This document shows positions 1 through 15,000 of a stretch of DNA of 64,000 nt, one piece after another. A model generated the notes under the pieces. It searched no databases. It was given only the letters and a program-made list of their open reading frames with translations, and was not told the origin of the DNA. Within the stretch, counting starts at the first letter, position 1. Each line of letters starts with the position of its first letter. Source of the stretch: Octopus vulgaris (taxonomy: Eukaryota); assembly GCA_951406725.2 (NCBI GenBank), contig OX597816.1, positions 96,038,001 through 96,102,000 of the forward strand. Reading direction: 5' to 3'. The position numbers and the translations under genes were made by a program.

Positions 1-370
1 CCTTGTACTTGTAATGTACGAATCAGAAAATCCCAGTTTATCTAGATTCTCCTTTCAGCATTTACGAACAAAATATAGCGCTTCAATTATTATTGGTATG
101 AATATGAATTCATAGTCTGGATATAGAAGCTGGAGGTTTCAAAGTAGTTGTCCATGGATATCTTCTTTTTCTTTGATTTTCAAAGAGATATTTATATCTG
201 CAGGGCAGTTAACCTGAATGATGGTACATACATTTGTCCCTTTGTCCCAAACTACAATATCCGGCCTGTTATTCTTACATTTGACAGCAGTTTTGATGAG
301 GATATTTCACCAGTATTCCTTGAGTTGGTGTTTATGAATATAGTTCATAACAGAGGGATTTTCTAAGTTT
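1..370 (-). mobile_element. Fragment of RLE-type (R4-like) non-LTR retrotransposon, endonuclease C-terminus
   Basis: Minus-strand translation gives NNRPDIVVWDK...CTIIQVNCPADINIS...LQLLYPDYEFIFIPIII, a PD..D/E restriction-like endonuclease signature; interrupted by stops. Confidence 0.7.
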
Positions 371-3300
371 ATTTCAGGACAGCCTTTTAGCTCATGAACA
401 GGAACAGTGGAGGAGCATCACAACCAAGTGCTTAAGGGGATTTGAATAAATGTAATAAAAACAAAAGCTGAAAGAAATATTATCCATTTTTCACACTTTC
501 TAGGGGTAAGCATATAGGAAATAATAGTTGCTACCCAAGGACAAAAATCGTACTACACAATGTACTATATTTACTAACTAGGTCTACTTCGACATACCCA
601 ACCATCTCTTTATATAGCAATTGCTTACTTAAAATATGGGTGTGGGAGGCTCTGTGTAGAGCCGTCTGTTTTCAGTTGCCCGGTGTGTTTGAGTACACCG
701 CGTAATTAATAACAATTCTATCATGAAGTGATAAGTATAAATCTTAAGCGTTCTATAAAGAACACCTACCTATCCATGAGTCTGGTGGAATAGTCAAATT
801 TGTGTAGGGATGAGCCGATCCAAATTTACTTCTCATGCCCTTAAAGTTTTCAACAACATAAGCAGTGGTAACATAACTTTGATAAAAATAGGATAGTGTT
901 GAATCTCTCTCCCACTCGCTCTCTTTGTCTCTCTCTCTCTCCCGCTTTCTTCCTCCTCTCTCTCTCTCTCTCTCTCTCCGTAGCATTTTAATTGATCAAA
1001 TATGGGATCGATTAAATATGCATAATTGATGCACATGAGATAACATCTGTTTTACTTTATTATGGAACTGAGATTATAGGTCTAAAGGAATAAATGTTTG
1101 AACAACAGAGAAACATCGGATAATCTTCTGTACATTACGCTCTACTGAGCCAGAAGAGACTGTTTGTAGCTACAGTCATAATGTTTTGCTTTTGTCGATA
1201 TACCGACCACCTCCCGCTTGGCATATTATCTACTATTCTACTAGGTTTGCTCATGAAAGCAATAACATTTTAGCAGGGTATTCACAAACACCCACATGCA
1301 CATACATACACACTCATATACATATACACAGATATGCGATGATAAAAACAGTCGGTACTTCGCAGTATAGAGAAATAAACAGTAATAAAACGAAATTATT
1401 GCAGATGGTAAATTTATGTAAAATGAAATATTTTTAACGGCTGTTTTATACAAGAAACTGTTGCATCAGAGAATTACACCAATATTTAACTGCAACATTA
1501 AAATATCTTCGGATAATTAATGATAATTTCAAATATTAGACATGTTAATTTTAGATTCACAATTTCTATAACATCTTTTGAAAAATTTTGAAATGTAAAA
1601 TGAATGTTTAGACACTGATTTATGATATTTTAATAACCTGGAACGAAGGCAAAATGCGTTAACTCTGTTCAAACTAACAAGTTTATTTTTACGAATGTTA
1701 CGAATGTCTGAATATAAAACATAATTCAATGTTTAATTTTTAATTTTAATTCCTTATGTATTTCAAACTTAACTACTTGGTCACCATTCCCAATTGATTA
1801 GAGAATAGCATTTATTAATATATTTATTGTGTAAATGAAAACATTTGTCTCTACGTCAGCATCACAAATCAGCCATGATTCGATATAGTGATAATTTTTG
1901 GTTCTTCAGCACACAGTAGGAGAGTTGAGTAATTTATTCATCACCGTCGATACTCTGGACAAAATGTAATTAAAGTAGAAATTGGCTGGTATTCAGTAGT
2001 TACCACATGCAGCACCGATTTAAACTATGAAAGCTTAGTGTTTGGACAAAGAAATGAATAATAAAGTGCTGTAGGGCATTGCTCGTGAGTTCATAAAGGA
2101 CGAACTGTGGATGAAGGCTTTTACTGCAGACTAGTTAGTGAATTATTCGGCAGAAAAGGCACTTCCAGTAAAACGAATACTAAGACCTGGGCTTAAAGAG
2201 TGAATCGCCCTTTCTCTTGAATCTATATGTTTGACACACAAAATGAACAATAGTTCAACAAATCACTCACTGTCAGTTGTTATTTTAAATATAGCTTAAC
2301 AAAAGCTATAGCAGAATGGTCAGAAACACAGTGAAAGGCCAGTGGCAGGATTGAACCTATAAACAATAGGTAAATAGTCCAATTCTTTATCTATCAGAAA
2401 ATTACCCTTTGCAATAACCATGTTATTAAATGTATTTACTGGCAGGAGCGTCTGCCGCAACGTTCTGAGTTCAAATTCCGCCATGGTCGACTTTGCCTTT
2501 CATCCTTTAGGCATATGAATAATGAAGGACACATTGGGCAAACAAATTGCAATTACACAGTAACTTGGATGATCAATGGTGCATTCTAATTAGAGTGACC
2601 GGGTGTTAAAAAATAAAACAAAAAATATTCAAATAAGTATCAACAGTTTGGGGCATTCCACCTATGACGTAAACATGACGGCACATGCAATGAAATCTGT
2701 TCTACACAAGATTCAATTTCTATTGCATACTTGATGATATGGAAATATATGAGGAATTTATCAGAAATACGTGGGAACTGTTTGAAGAGGCCGTAGTTGG
2801 ACACAGAACGGATTAAATATCACAATACCCTATCAATTGATGATCATTAAGAATGTGATCATCCCACGGGCACTTATAAATAATGTTCAGATTAGAGAAC
2901 AGTGTTGATTTTAGATAAATTGGAATTTTCTCTGTTGTCCTCAACTATTAGCATTTGATCGATAGCTAAAACCCGAAAATCAATTATTTAACCCTCTTGT
3001 TAAACGACAAACAGACAAACGATTCGCTAACAGAAATAAATATTTCTTCAGTGTCAATGATCATTTTTTAAATATATTTTTGCTATTAATTTTTCAATTG
3101 TCTATTGGTTCATTCCATTTTTTTTATTTTGGCTTCAGAAAACTTTTTTGCGAAGCTCTCAATCTTATTGAGTTAACCAGGATGTATTTCTTCGTTTGTT
3201 TGTTTTTTGTTCTTTTTATCGAATCAAACACTATTGTAACATTTGAAAACTGAAGCAAGAAATACTGACGAATGTCCACAACTTGTGTAAATATCGAATT

Positions 3301-3649
3301 ATTTGCTGTCAATATCAGAATGTCATCGTGAAAAAAAGCGGTAGGATTACCGTTATACGGATATAAAGTCAGTTGAATACATCTGATTTCAATTCTCACT
3401 TGGTCACATTTCATTTCTATTTTTCTCTCACTCTGCTTCTCTTTCTGTTTCTCCCACTTCACGTATATGTATGTATGATATATGTATATATATATATATA
3501 TACAAGAAGAAACATACACACACAAACACACACACACATATATACTTACTAGCGGTAGGATTACAGATATACGGCCAGTCAAATACATCTGATTTCAATT
3601 CTTTTTGGGAATTTATATATATATATATGTATGTATGTATATATACGCT

Positions 3650-3952
3650 ATGTACTTAATTTATCGACCCCGAAAGGATGAACGGTAAAGTCGACCTCGG
3701 TTGAATTTGAACACAGAAAGCCAGACGAAATACCTATTTCTTTACTACCCACAGAGGAGACAAACAAGGATAGACAGACGGATTAAGTCGATTATATCGA
3801 CCCCAGTGCGTAACTGGTACTTAATTTATCGACCCCGGAAGGATGAAAGGCAAAGTCGACCGCGGCCGAATTTGAACTCAGGACGTAAAGACTGACGAAA
3901 TAACGCTAAGCATTTCGCCCGGTGTGCTAACGTTTCTGCCAGCCCGCCGCCT
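3650..3952 (-). mobile_element. SINE family A (tRNA-like head, Meta-like central domain) with duplicated core
   Basis: Reverse complement reads GGCGGCGGGCTGGCAGAAACGTTAGC...GAGTTCAAATTC (B box)...GCCTTTCATCCTTCCGGGGTCGATAAATTAAGTACC; about 10 homologous copies in the window. Confidence 0.85.
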
Positions 3953-4284
3953 TGCCAAGATATGGAAATTGTTAAAGTATAGTACAACGGTTTAGCATTT
4001 TTCAAACGTGTAGTAAGACTCAAATACGACAGTTTTTCCAAAAGTATTTCTGACTGAAAATATCATACATGCATAGAGTTACGACTGTATGACCCAACAA
4101 AGTATTATTGTTAAGCTGAAACTGTTGCTAATGTAAAAAGAAATGGAATGGTGAAACTATTTTTTCATTTTCTGAAAAAGTAACATTTTGGGCTTGACTT
4201 ACGACACTCTTGCATAAAAGCAACGATATATATATATATATATATGTGTGTGTATGTGTGTGTGTGTGTGTGTACAGTTCTCTA

Positions 4285-4772
4285 CTTCTAACGAATGAAG
4301 ACATCACGAAAATTCATGAACTGATCCTGGAGGACCGTCTCCGAGCAATTTATGAATTTGTTCATATTTGTTTTTTGACTGGTTCGTCCTCGAGCGCCTG
4401 CGAACGAATTTTGAGTGAGGAATTGCGAATGAAAAGAGTTGCAGGAAAATTTGTGCCTTGCTTGCTCACGGAAGATCAAAAGCAGTCATGACTGAATAGG
4501 TGTCGTTAACTGAAAGAACGCAGGTCATCACTGGTGGCAAAAGCTAGTGATACGGAATTTTCAGATGTGGAAGAGGTGAAGAAAAAAAAAACACGCAGGT
4601 GTTAAAAGACATCACGCCGCAAGAGTTCCAGTACTGCTTTGAATGGTAGAAAATGTGCCTGGACCGAAGCATTGCTTCAAATCGAGAATACTTTGAAGGC
4701 GATCAAAATGTAAACATGTAAAACTAAGTGAATATTATTGTAAAATTCTGGTTTCTTTTGGTTCCCCTCGTA
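4285..4772 (+). mobile_element. Internally deleted mariner transposon relic
   Basis: ILSEELRMKRVAGKFVPCLLTEDQKQ (WVPxxL-type motif), C-terminal CIASNREYFEGD, right TIR-like end TTTTGGTTCCCCTCGTA. Confidence 0.85.
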
Positions 4773-5899
4773 TATTATAATCCATAAATCCATAATCTTA
4801 TATAGTTTTCCTTCCATGCATGCAGATGATCCCTGATAACAAATAATCTTATATTTTACTTCATTCTGCAACCTGATGAAAAACAATTCTGATAACAGCC
4901 ATTGTATGCCTTACATGTTTGATAATAGCCATTACATTTCCTGCATTAACCACTCCTTTCGCCTTTTCCCTTTACAAGACAACAATTTTCATGTGGCTTT
5001 GGAGAATAATTGTCATAGATAGACACGTTATGTAGATTGAGTAGTTATGTTCAATCAGTGATTTAGTTTTATCTCATGTGCTATAATTGAAGAACCTTGA
5101 ATATGATATATGTCTTCTTATATATAAATAAGTTTGACCCCATTACTGCGGTCTACAGGTTGGTGGTGACAAGATCGATATACAAAATGGGGCGTAAGCA
5201 AAACGGTTGAGGTGGGGAGACCAAACTAGAAATGGAAGATATGATAGATACTGTGCAAAACACATGAACCAACCATGGGACGGATAAACGAAAAGATGAT
5301 ATCCTGACTGAAAAATAAATACAGCGTAAAGGGAAGGAGCAACATGCGGTAAAAGAAGTAGGGTTATAAGAAAGTTCAGCAAAGGAAGTTATCCTGGAGA
5401 ATGTTGTAGAAAATTGAACCAAGCAGGTTACACTTATTTTCACGGCGGTATACGGTGAGCTTTTAACCACAACAGATGGAGGAATTGTGTTGATATTATG
5501 GTTACCAGTATGGAGTCTATGAATTGTTGAGATAGATTATGATTACATGTAAATCATTGCTTGCAGTGTATGCCTGGCAGCGTAAAAGGAGATCGAAACA
5601 GACGTAATGGAGAAATGTAAACAAATGAAAACCAAGACTTAGACCTCTGAACCGGCTGACTCGAAGTTGTAAGGGGATTTGAAGAAGCGTTCGTGAATCC
5701 TACCCACATTAAAATAAAGGAACAACTTCTTCGTAGTAATGTATGATGTAACTTGATAAAATATCTTGATGTTGAGATGACAGTGCCACGAGAAGGCAGT
5801 ATAGAGGGGATATATGAAATAATGCATTTTGAAATATGAAGTAGGAAATCGAGAGGTGCATGAAAACAGCAGTGAGAGGTACTTTTATTTCATTCGAGA

Positions 5900-7350
5900 T
5901 GTTGTGGCTTTATAGCCACCATATCTTGCTTGGATGGAATGAAACTTAAGAAAGATACCAGAACATTGTTTTCCGAACTGCAGGAGGAGCAGTAAATGCT
6001 TGAGAATGGTTATAATGGCATGTGGAAAATTAACAAAACGGAAAACAAATTGCAAACCCTTGGAAAAAATTCAACAAAATAACAATTACATCATTAGAGA
6101 GTTTATAGCAGCAACTAATTGATGTGGCTCCCTGAATAACAGAGGAAGATAATATATTTTACAGTGGAGAACAAATAAACTATACATTCCGCAGTAGCTT
6201 TTGTGCTACTCGGTCTTACTAGAGAAAATGATTCAGTCGGAATATATGAAATTGTAGTGTTCTCTAGTCGATAGCTGATGAAGGGAATGTCCCGCAAAAC
6301 AAGCTGCGTGAAAAATACAATATAGTTACAATAATAGGTCACTTGTTTACAAGAGAGGAAGGAAAGGGTGTAATTGAATTGTCTTTCACAAGATGATTAG
6401 ATGCGTTACGATATATCCCCAGTCAGATATAAAATCTGTAACAATTGTCAGCCGTTTTCCTTTACTATTTAGCAACAGCACGATAGTGAATTGTTTGCAT
6501 CGAAATATAAATGCATTCGAACTAAACTGTGTTCATGTTGATAATGGATAAATTCTGGATAGTGTATAATCCATTGACAATGGATAATGGAACATATAAA
6601 GATTGATGTTTTCTGATATAAGCAAGATAATATGGTTTGACGAGAGACAGGAAATCTTTTATTCATTAATTTCTCATGATTCACCTAACTGTTAGCTCAG
6701 AAAAATATAATGTGAGGTCAGGAGAGTAATACTGAAAGAAGAAATAAATATATAATTTTACGCTATTCTTTGGGCTGTTAGAGCACCAAAGATGACTTCT
6801 TTATCTTATGAATCACGGGAAAATACGATGGCATAATTTCATCCTATGTGTTGAATCGTACCTTTTCCCAGGAAATTACTCATTGGTTGATACGTCGTTA
6901 CAATCTCACTTAAAAACGTTTAAGACGACTGAATTCCTGCTATATATAAACAAGTTCTGCGCTTGGAGCGTGTGTTGATTTTTACGTCAATATTCATTTC
7001 GTTCTCTGTATAGAAACCTTAAGCTGTCACAGGTTTTATGCATAAGGGAGATTTTAAGTAAATTGTAACACTCCATGACATTTTACCTTCTGAAATACTT
7101 GGTTTTAGTAAAATATATTTGCTATGAACACCGTTAATAAAAGCTACCTCACATACTGTACTTCCTTTTATCTGAATATTCTGAATCTGGATATGCTGAA
7201 TTCGTTCAATGAAATATCTAGTCAACACGGAGTCAGCAGTATACGAAAAATTGAATCTTACGGTTTCCACATCCGAACAAGAATTTTCCGTCTTAGCTTT
7301 GGAAGTTCGTCACTGAGGAGACGAAATCAAGTTGAAACATTGTTTTGACA
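5900..7350 (+). mobile_element. Highly decayed Penelope-like element (tentative) ending in a hammerhead-like motif
   Basis: Faint RT-like remnants (GxxMG-, DD- and YRKxTH-like codons at ~6580-6900) and CTGAGGA...GAAAC motif at 7309-7349; boundaries approximate. Confidence 0.3.
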
Positions 7351-8295
7351 GAAACATTGTATCTGTCGATCTCCCGATGCTCTGAGCAAAGTTCTGTACT
7401 TTTTAGCACAAGATCATCTTGATGAGTTTCTCGGAGACCAAATATTACTCGTATACACATTACAAATAGAGATACTGGTATTCAGTCGGTAATTTGACAT
7501 TTACTGATCCAACAATTTGCGACTGCTTACAATTCTTAATCATGCAAAGATATTAGCTAACGGTGGAATACATCACACATACAGCATTTGGCAGAGAAAT
7601 ACATCACGCATCACATATCTCACAGTGTAATACATCATAGGTAATTGTCAATCTGCGGAATGATTTACCGAATAAATTTTACATAAATCCAAATATGTTA
7701 TCGGAGAAAAAAAAACATACTCGCTATTGGCATTTAACAGAGAACAACTATAAGAATATGTCATGGTATGATTGAATATGTAGCAAATTGTATGTTGAGA
7801 TTAGATGATTGGGGAAAAGGAAAAGAAACAAGAATTAAACTGAGAACACTTGAAAATGTTCTCTAAAAGTGATTTACAACATTATTTATAGATGTAAATG
7901 AATAAGTATGTAATCAATATAATACATTTAATTAAAACCAGTGTGTAAACTTCAAACGTTAAGATATTTCAAAGTCTCTTTTGAAGCTGTCCAAAAGTTT
8001 TAAAAATGGTGAAATCACTAGACTTAGAAATATTAGAGTTGTTTAGTGGAGATAACCGTATAAATGACTGAATCATTAATAGCTTCACTCTAAAATTCTG
8101 ATGGGGTTCTTCGTGAGTTTCACCCTTCCTGGGTTAATATAAAGAGAATACGAAAGTCAGTGTTTAAATAGGTTTTTAAATTAAGACAGTTTGAATTGAT
8201 TATCTGACTTTTATTCCTACCAGAACAGTAGTCTCATGTAAAGCCAACGAGTAAATATTTAGTTATACTTGACTGCATTCAATTCTAAAAATATT

Positions 8296-8523
8296 TGTTT
8301 ACTACCCACAAGGGCTAAACACAGAAGGGACAAACAAGGACAGACAAACGGATTAAGTCGATTATATCGACACCAGTGCGTAACTGGTACTTAATTTATC
8401 GACCCCGAAAGGATGAAAAGAAAATTCGACCATGGCGGAATTTGAACTCACAACGTAGCGGCAGACGAAATACGGCTACGCATTTCGCCCGGCGTGCTAA
8501 CGTTTCTGCCAGCTCACCGCCTT
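8296..8523 (-). mobile_element. SINE family A copy
   Basis: Colinear with the 3650-3952 and 47612-47995 copies. Confidence 0.85.
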
Positions 8524-10679
8524 CTTCAATTCTAAATAACGTGTGCTTTCTTTATAAAAGTCGTGTGCAATATCTGTCTGTGAACTTTTCAACCTTTATT
8601 TTCTCTTCATGTGCAAATGAAGATTAAAAGCTGTCTGGAGTCTTAATTTAGTGCAGTTCTTATAACCAAATTCCTAAGCTTTTCAGAAAATTTAAATTTT
8701 AGAATTTATTACAAGGTGTGGATGGGTGCTTGATATGAAATTTTAACCAAAAGATATAAATCCTGTATTTAATTTTCACTGCAATACAAGCTAATATTTC
8801 ATTTGGATACTGTTTACGCAATGTTATGAAATTTTTACGGCTCCAGAAAATGTGAAGATTGGCAATAATAGCAGATTGTTGGATTAATCTTCTTGCACTA
8901 TTAAAATTATTCTACCTATATTTAGAATCGAAACCGCTTGAATCAACTTTATGAAGTATTAGTGACTGCCTGTAGCTACTTGCGTTTCCTGTGGGCTCTC
9001 CATGGTTTTGTAAGGTCCTGAAAATGTGTATGTCGTGTAACATCTAAGATTTACAAGAAATATTTTAGTATATTACTTATTGGCTTTTGTAAAACTTTCG
9101 CAAATTTTCGTTGCTTAACTGCTTTCCAGTGTCGCGATTTAAAGGTTCGTCGTCTGGTCTTTTGTAGTGATTAGTTGAGTTGATAAACGAAAATATGTTT
9201 CATTGGCTGCGTGTTGTAGTCGCTGAACAACACCTGCTAACATTTAACAGATGCTTTTATTATCATATATAGAGACAAACTGTGTTGGCTTTTAGAAATA
9301 AGAACAGCAATAATTACATAATGGGAAAGAGATTGCTTGGTGTTTATGGCAAGCTATTGATACGGCAACATGTGGCTTGTCCAACATAGCTGGAAATAAT
9401 CGTGCTGTATTCATGGCGACAGAGGTTCGTGTCATCTATCTGTGCCATCTGTCTTATTGTCTTCCTGGATCGTCTGGCTGATAAAAATGCGCGCCCAAAA
9501 GTTTTTATAGGAAACCGGACGTTTAATTGTAGGTTGTTTGAAAAAATCTGTCCACGATATCACGTTATGCAGATTGGTCAGTTAAAAGATCGATCATGTG
9601 AAACTGTGGTGGTTTGGTCATCATGTCTGATCGCATATCCAGGCCATCGATCCTTCTTACATCAGTCTGTGTGATAAAGACAACTGCATTAGATGCAATA
9701 AACATTAAACAGAGATGGTTGTATATGTAATTCAAGATTCATATTTATTTTGATATGTTGCCTTACATATTATTTGGAGTATATTTTAGTTTGTATAACA
9801 TGACATATTTGTGTGAGTGTGTGCGTGTACATGTGCATGTACGTGTGTGCATGAGTGTGTGTGTGTAAGTGTGTTAAAGTCTATTTCCACATATATTTAT
9901 AAATTTAAAATATATCTGGTGCAAATACATAATTTAACATATCGATATAAAATGTGTTACACCACAAAATATTCTTCAGTTGTTACACATGTTTTAACAA
10001 ATAATTAAACTTCCATGCAGAAAATCCGTTTCTCTTCGCCTTTATTATTCAACCGGTATTGTCTCTTGCCATTTTTTTTGTCAGATTTTGTTTCGAATAA
10101 TTTTGATCCGATGATATATGAATTTTACACTGTTAATTTTAACATTATTCAATCTTGTGACTACATGATGAGTGAAATTAAAAATGCATTATTTGCTTCC
10201 TTACAGTAAATACGCTCATATCATACATCAACATGTAGCTATGTAGCTTTTTAGAGACTAAGCATTGGCAAAATTCATTGTATATGAACATACATATGAA
10301 TATGCATACATATCTACTTGCAGTCGTGCATGCATTCATACATATATCATGCATATAAGACTACCCTGTTGTCTATATTCCATCTTATAACATATATAAT
10401 TGTAATGGTAGGGTGGGCTGTTTTGGATAAAATGAAAAGGGTGCAAGAGTATTAGTGTGAGAGAAATGAGGTGGCATAGGGAGAATGATTGATATCAGGG
10501 AAAGGGAGAACAGATTTGTGTAAGCGACAAATATGGAATAGCAGTGGGATGGTAAAGTTAATATAGCTGTCATTTAGGGACACACACGCGCGCGCTTTCA
10601 ATCATTTTACAAAGCCAAGTCATAATAAAGAGGGGATAACTATTGAAAACAGTGTGTGTGTGTAGGGGGGAGTTCGACT

Positions 10680-10852
10680 GTCTGTCTGTATGTATGTATG
10701 TGTGTCACACGCTGTCACCTTTAAGGAAACGAATGATTTAGATCAACGATTTACTCTATTAACATATATACCCTTATGACATTACGCACATGGATGGAAG
10801 TGACTTAATCATATTTGTGATTAAACCAAACTCATTCTTTTTTCTGATCCCT

Positions 10853-10890
<38 letters not shown>

Positions 10891-11324
10891 ACTCACACAC
10901 ACATCTTTCATATCACGCTCTTTCTCGCTTCGCAATCTCTGACTATCTCTCTCTCTTTCTCTCTCCACACACGTCTTTCACATCACACGTTTTCTCACTC
11001 AGCTGAGAGTTTCGTGTTAGCACTTAGGGTTACAATTTTGAATTAGAATAAGGATTACGTTTAAGCAGAAACTGAAAAGGGGACTCAAAAGATTTGAAGT
11101 TGTGTACAGATTTTTACAGAACTGAGGTTGCATATGTTTAGAATTTGGATATCAAACAAAAATATATTAAATGAAGAAAAAAAAGGTCTACAAAGTATTC
11201 TTAGTCCGAAATTTTGCGGAGTGTTTTTTCGAAAATATTTATTATAAGTTAGATAAAGAGCTTTGCAGTGTTACTGTTAATTCTTTGAATCATTAACTCG
11301 GGCAACGCCGGGTATTTCAGCTAG
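10680..11324 (+). mobile_element. Non-autonomous Helitron-like element (3' end clear, 5' end approximate)
   Basis: Hairpin ACTCGG-GCAACG-CCGGGT at 11296-11313, then CTAG|T at 11321-11325, the canonical Helitron 3' terminus; TCTG/TATG tract upstream as in the 32316-33151 element. Confidence 0.6.
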
Positions 11325-12011
11325 TATAGTATATTTTTAGACGAGAACATTACTATTTATCCATTGGTGAGAAATTCGAATCCTCTGTTGTAATCCCCTG
11401 TCGGACTATTATAAAGCGCACTCCGGTAGAGCAGTATACTTAGACAAGACCAGGACTATCTATGACCGTCTACTTCGGTACACTCTCCTATACTGCCACT
11501 GACTGACAGTATTGATAACGACCAGCACATATCACTCCTCACGTGCGAGGGGTGTTCTATTATTACTATTGCAATAACAATAACGAAGAACGAACATACA
11601 TATACTCCCTTACTTGGCTTACACAAGATGAGCAAAAACTGGAATCCTTCGTATTTTTTATAATATTATCGACCTACACCTAAACTTTTCCTATCAAATT
11701 CGCTACTTGAGCAAGGTTATATATATTATATGAAAAGTCAGGATGCATAATGTCGTCTTGCAGGAATAGCCGCTAGGATATCGACAGGCTGAAGTCGGAC
11801 CAGAATATTTGAGCCTACCGGGTGTAACACTGTCACCATCAATGGCTCCAGTTTCACTACCACCGTTATTCCCAATATGTTCTTTTTTCATTGTCACTCA
11901 GGTTGCGCAACTACCAGTGTTTTTATTGTGATACCATCACTAGATTAATCAGCTCATGAGGAGGGGGAGGAGGAAGCTCCACCAGTTTCCTTTTATTATT
12001 ATTATCATTAT

Positions 12012-15000
12012 TCTATGTTTCACTTTTGCTTTATAGTTGTACAAGTTGGCTCCAAGTCTCACCCAGAGACCTCAAGAGACAACAGGTTGGAAGTTCACGT
12101 TGTTGTTGTGCCTAGTGTGCCATATATTTGGGGTTTTTGGTGTTGTACTAGTGAATGTCTAATAAATAAATAAAATAAAAAATTAAAATAAAATAAATAA
12201 ATAAATTAAAAATTGCTTGTTTTAAACCTTGAGATTACATAGAAAGTATTTTGCGTAGGATATGAGCAGTTCCCATGAGCACTATCTTTTGAATTTCTGC
12301 CATTTCGAGGTTTCCTGGTATCTGAGTTAGGTAGCAATTAGCCCCTTTCGCTATCATTCCCAGGGCACCTATGACAACAGGTATTGTTTTAGTCTTCAGG
12401 TTCCACATTTTGCTGATTTCTATTTCTATTTCAAGCACTGGAGGTGGTTTGTATTCCCACCAGTTTTTTTTCATGGGGCAAATCTAGGTTTTTGCAAATT
12501 ACCCAGTGAATATATTGTGCAGCTCTATCATGCCTGTTGAGATACTCTGTATGCGCTAGAAGACTGCACTTGGAGACAACATGATCAATGGTTTCATTTT
12601 GTTGTTGACATACACGACATGTTGGGCTACTGCCGTTCTTTAATATGTTGGCCTGGTAGTTTCTAGTTGGTAGGTATTGATCTTGAGCTGCTATGATAAA
12701 CCCCTCTGTTTCAGATTTTAAGTCAGAGGCCATTAGCCCTTGATGGGTTAGGGCTTTGTCAATATCTGCATTATTCGCTCTCTTTGGGTATTTGCTATAG
12801 AAAGGTTTTTCTTGCCATTTATCATTCAGAATATCTAAGGCCGCAGTTTTAGCACGGGTTTCCATGCGCTTAGCTTTTTCTGTGCTTGTTTCTTGTATAT
12901 CTATCTCTAATTCCGAAATTTGTTGTATTCGGAATTCACTTAGATATTCCTTTGCCTGTTTTGTTACTGAGTATGATGCTTTCTTGTTTTCATGTTTTGA
13001 GACAAGTTTTAACATCCAGTCCTCAAACTTTTTCAGGTAGGTGTCTAGGCCAATTGTAGCAATCTTCATTGTTATTGCCAGTTGTAAAACAACAACGGAC
13101 TCCCTCTTTTCTTGGCAGATAAAGTCGTTCTGTATCTGCCTTAGGGTGGTGCATTCTATGCATAGTCGACAGTTTTCGTATTTTTCTGTCGAGCTGACAT
13201 ATTTCAGTAATTGACCAGTTAACGATATTGAAACTGTAAGTCACGACTGGTATGGTTAATGCATAGATCGCTTCGATCCTGTTTCTCGCATTCAGCTGTC
13301 TTGAGTATTGCTCTCACTCTTCGATAGCATTCTCTCCTGATCCTTTCCTTCATCTCTGAATGCCTTATTCTGTCCCCTTCAATTACCCCTAGGTACTTGT
13401 AGCTCTCCGCTGGGTCTAATTCTTTTATGACATTCTGCTGGTCAAGGTTAACATTGGATGTTTCTGTCATTTTTCCTTTGATAAAGGTAGCTTTTGCACA
13501 TTTATCGAGGCCAAATTGCATTCTGATGTCGTCACTGGATTGTTTGACTATCGCTAGTAAGCCCTTGAGTTGTTGGTCATTTTTTGCAAAGAGCTTTAAA
13601 TCATCCATGTAAATGAGATGATTTATATTTTTATCAAACATTTTATATCCGTACTGCGCGTCATTGAGCAGTTTTGAGAGAGGTATTAAGGCTAAACAAA
13701 AGAGGAGTGGTGATAGTGAGTCACCCTGGAAAATGCCACATGAAATTTTTACATCACCAGCATTTAGAGATTCATTTTCACTGTTCAAAGTTAGTGTGGT
13801 TCTCCATGATCTCATACTTACAGTCAAAAAGTTTCGCAGAGTAGGTGCTATCTTATACATTTCCAGGCATTTCTTAATCCAGCTATGTGGTAGGCTATCA
13901 AAAGCCTTTTTATAGTCTATCCAGGCTATTGATAAGTTTTTGTGTCGTTTGTGACAATCTTCTAAGATCATTTTATTGATGAGTAGTTGATCTTTACAAC
14001 CGTAGGATCCACGTTTATCCTTTCTGTTCATTAGGGAATATGCTGCTGTCTGTTAAAAAACTATAAGTATATTCCGTCAGGACAGATGTTAGCGTTTTAT
14101 ACATAGTTGTTAAGCAGGTTATGGGTCTATAGTTTTTTGGTTCATTTGTTTCTTCACTTTTTGGAAGCAGGAATGTTAACCCATTAACTAGCCAAGGAGG
14201 CATCCTACTAGGGTATTGCAAAACATCATTGTAAATTTCTGTTAGCAGTTCATGGCTCTCTGGGAAGGCATTCAACCAGAAGTTAGGAATTTTATCCTTT
14301 CCTGGAGACTTCCATTTGCTTGACCTCCTGAGAGCAGATCTTATATCTTCTACCTTGACACTCTCCCACTTTTGCTCTTGTAAGGAGTCCAATTCTGTAG
14401 ATATTCTATCAATCCAGGTGGCCTTTTCGTTGTGTGTTTTTTCTTCTGCCCAAATTTTATTCCAAAATCCCTGCCCTTCTTCTTTTGATGATACAAACTT
14501 TACAGTAACTGCTGTTTTTCCTATCTTCCTGTAAAAATTTGTGGGGTTATTTCTAAACATGTTGTTGTCCTTGAAAAATCTAACACGCTTTTCATACCTC
14601 GCTATGCGGGCAGATTTAGCAGATACCTTTTGCTTGATGGTTTCTATGGTGGCATCAATATCAAATATAGTTTTCATATTATATTTTTTTCATTAATTAT
14701 TGGGTTTTTGTAGGTTTGGTAGTCTTGTGAACCTTAAGTTTTTTCAAATAGTCAATGTCAGATCTAAATAGTTTAATTTTTTGTTGCAGACGCTCTTGCC
14801 AAGAAGGCTTTTTGTGGGAATGTTTTCTAATCTTTACACCTCATAGGATCGTTGAGATTTTCGCGGATGCATAGTATAGGTGGTTGAGATCTGTGATATC
14901 AATATCATTAGCTGAAATTATATCCTTAAGTGCAAGCCGGATTTTACTAATTATTTTCATGTTTTGGTTAGAGTTGCGGATTTTAGGGAGTGTATCGCGT

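Noticed and set aside
6270-6312. CTGATGA-A-GGGA atg TCCC hammerhead-like start
   Set aside because: GAAA is broken (GCAAAA) and there is no stem I partner
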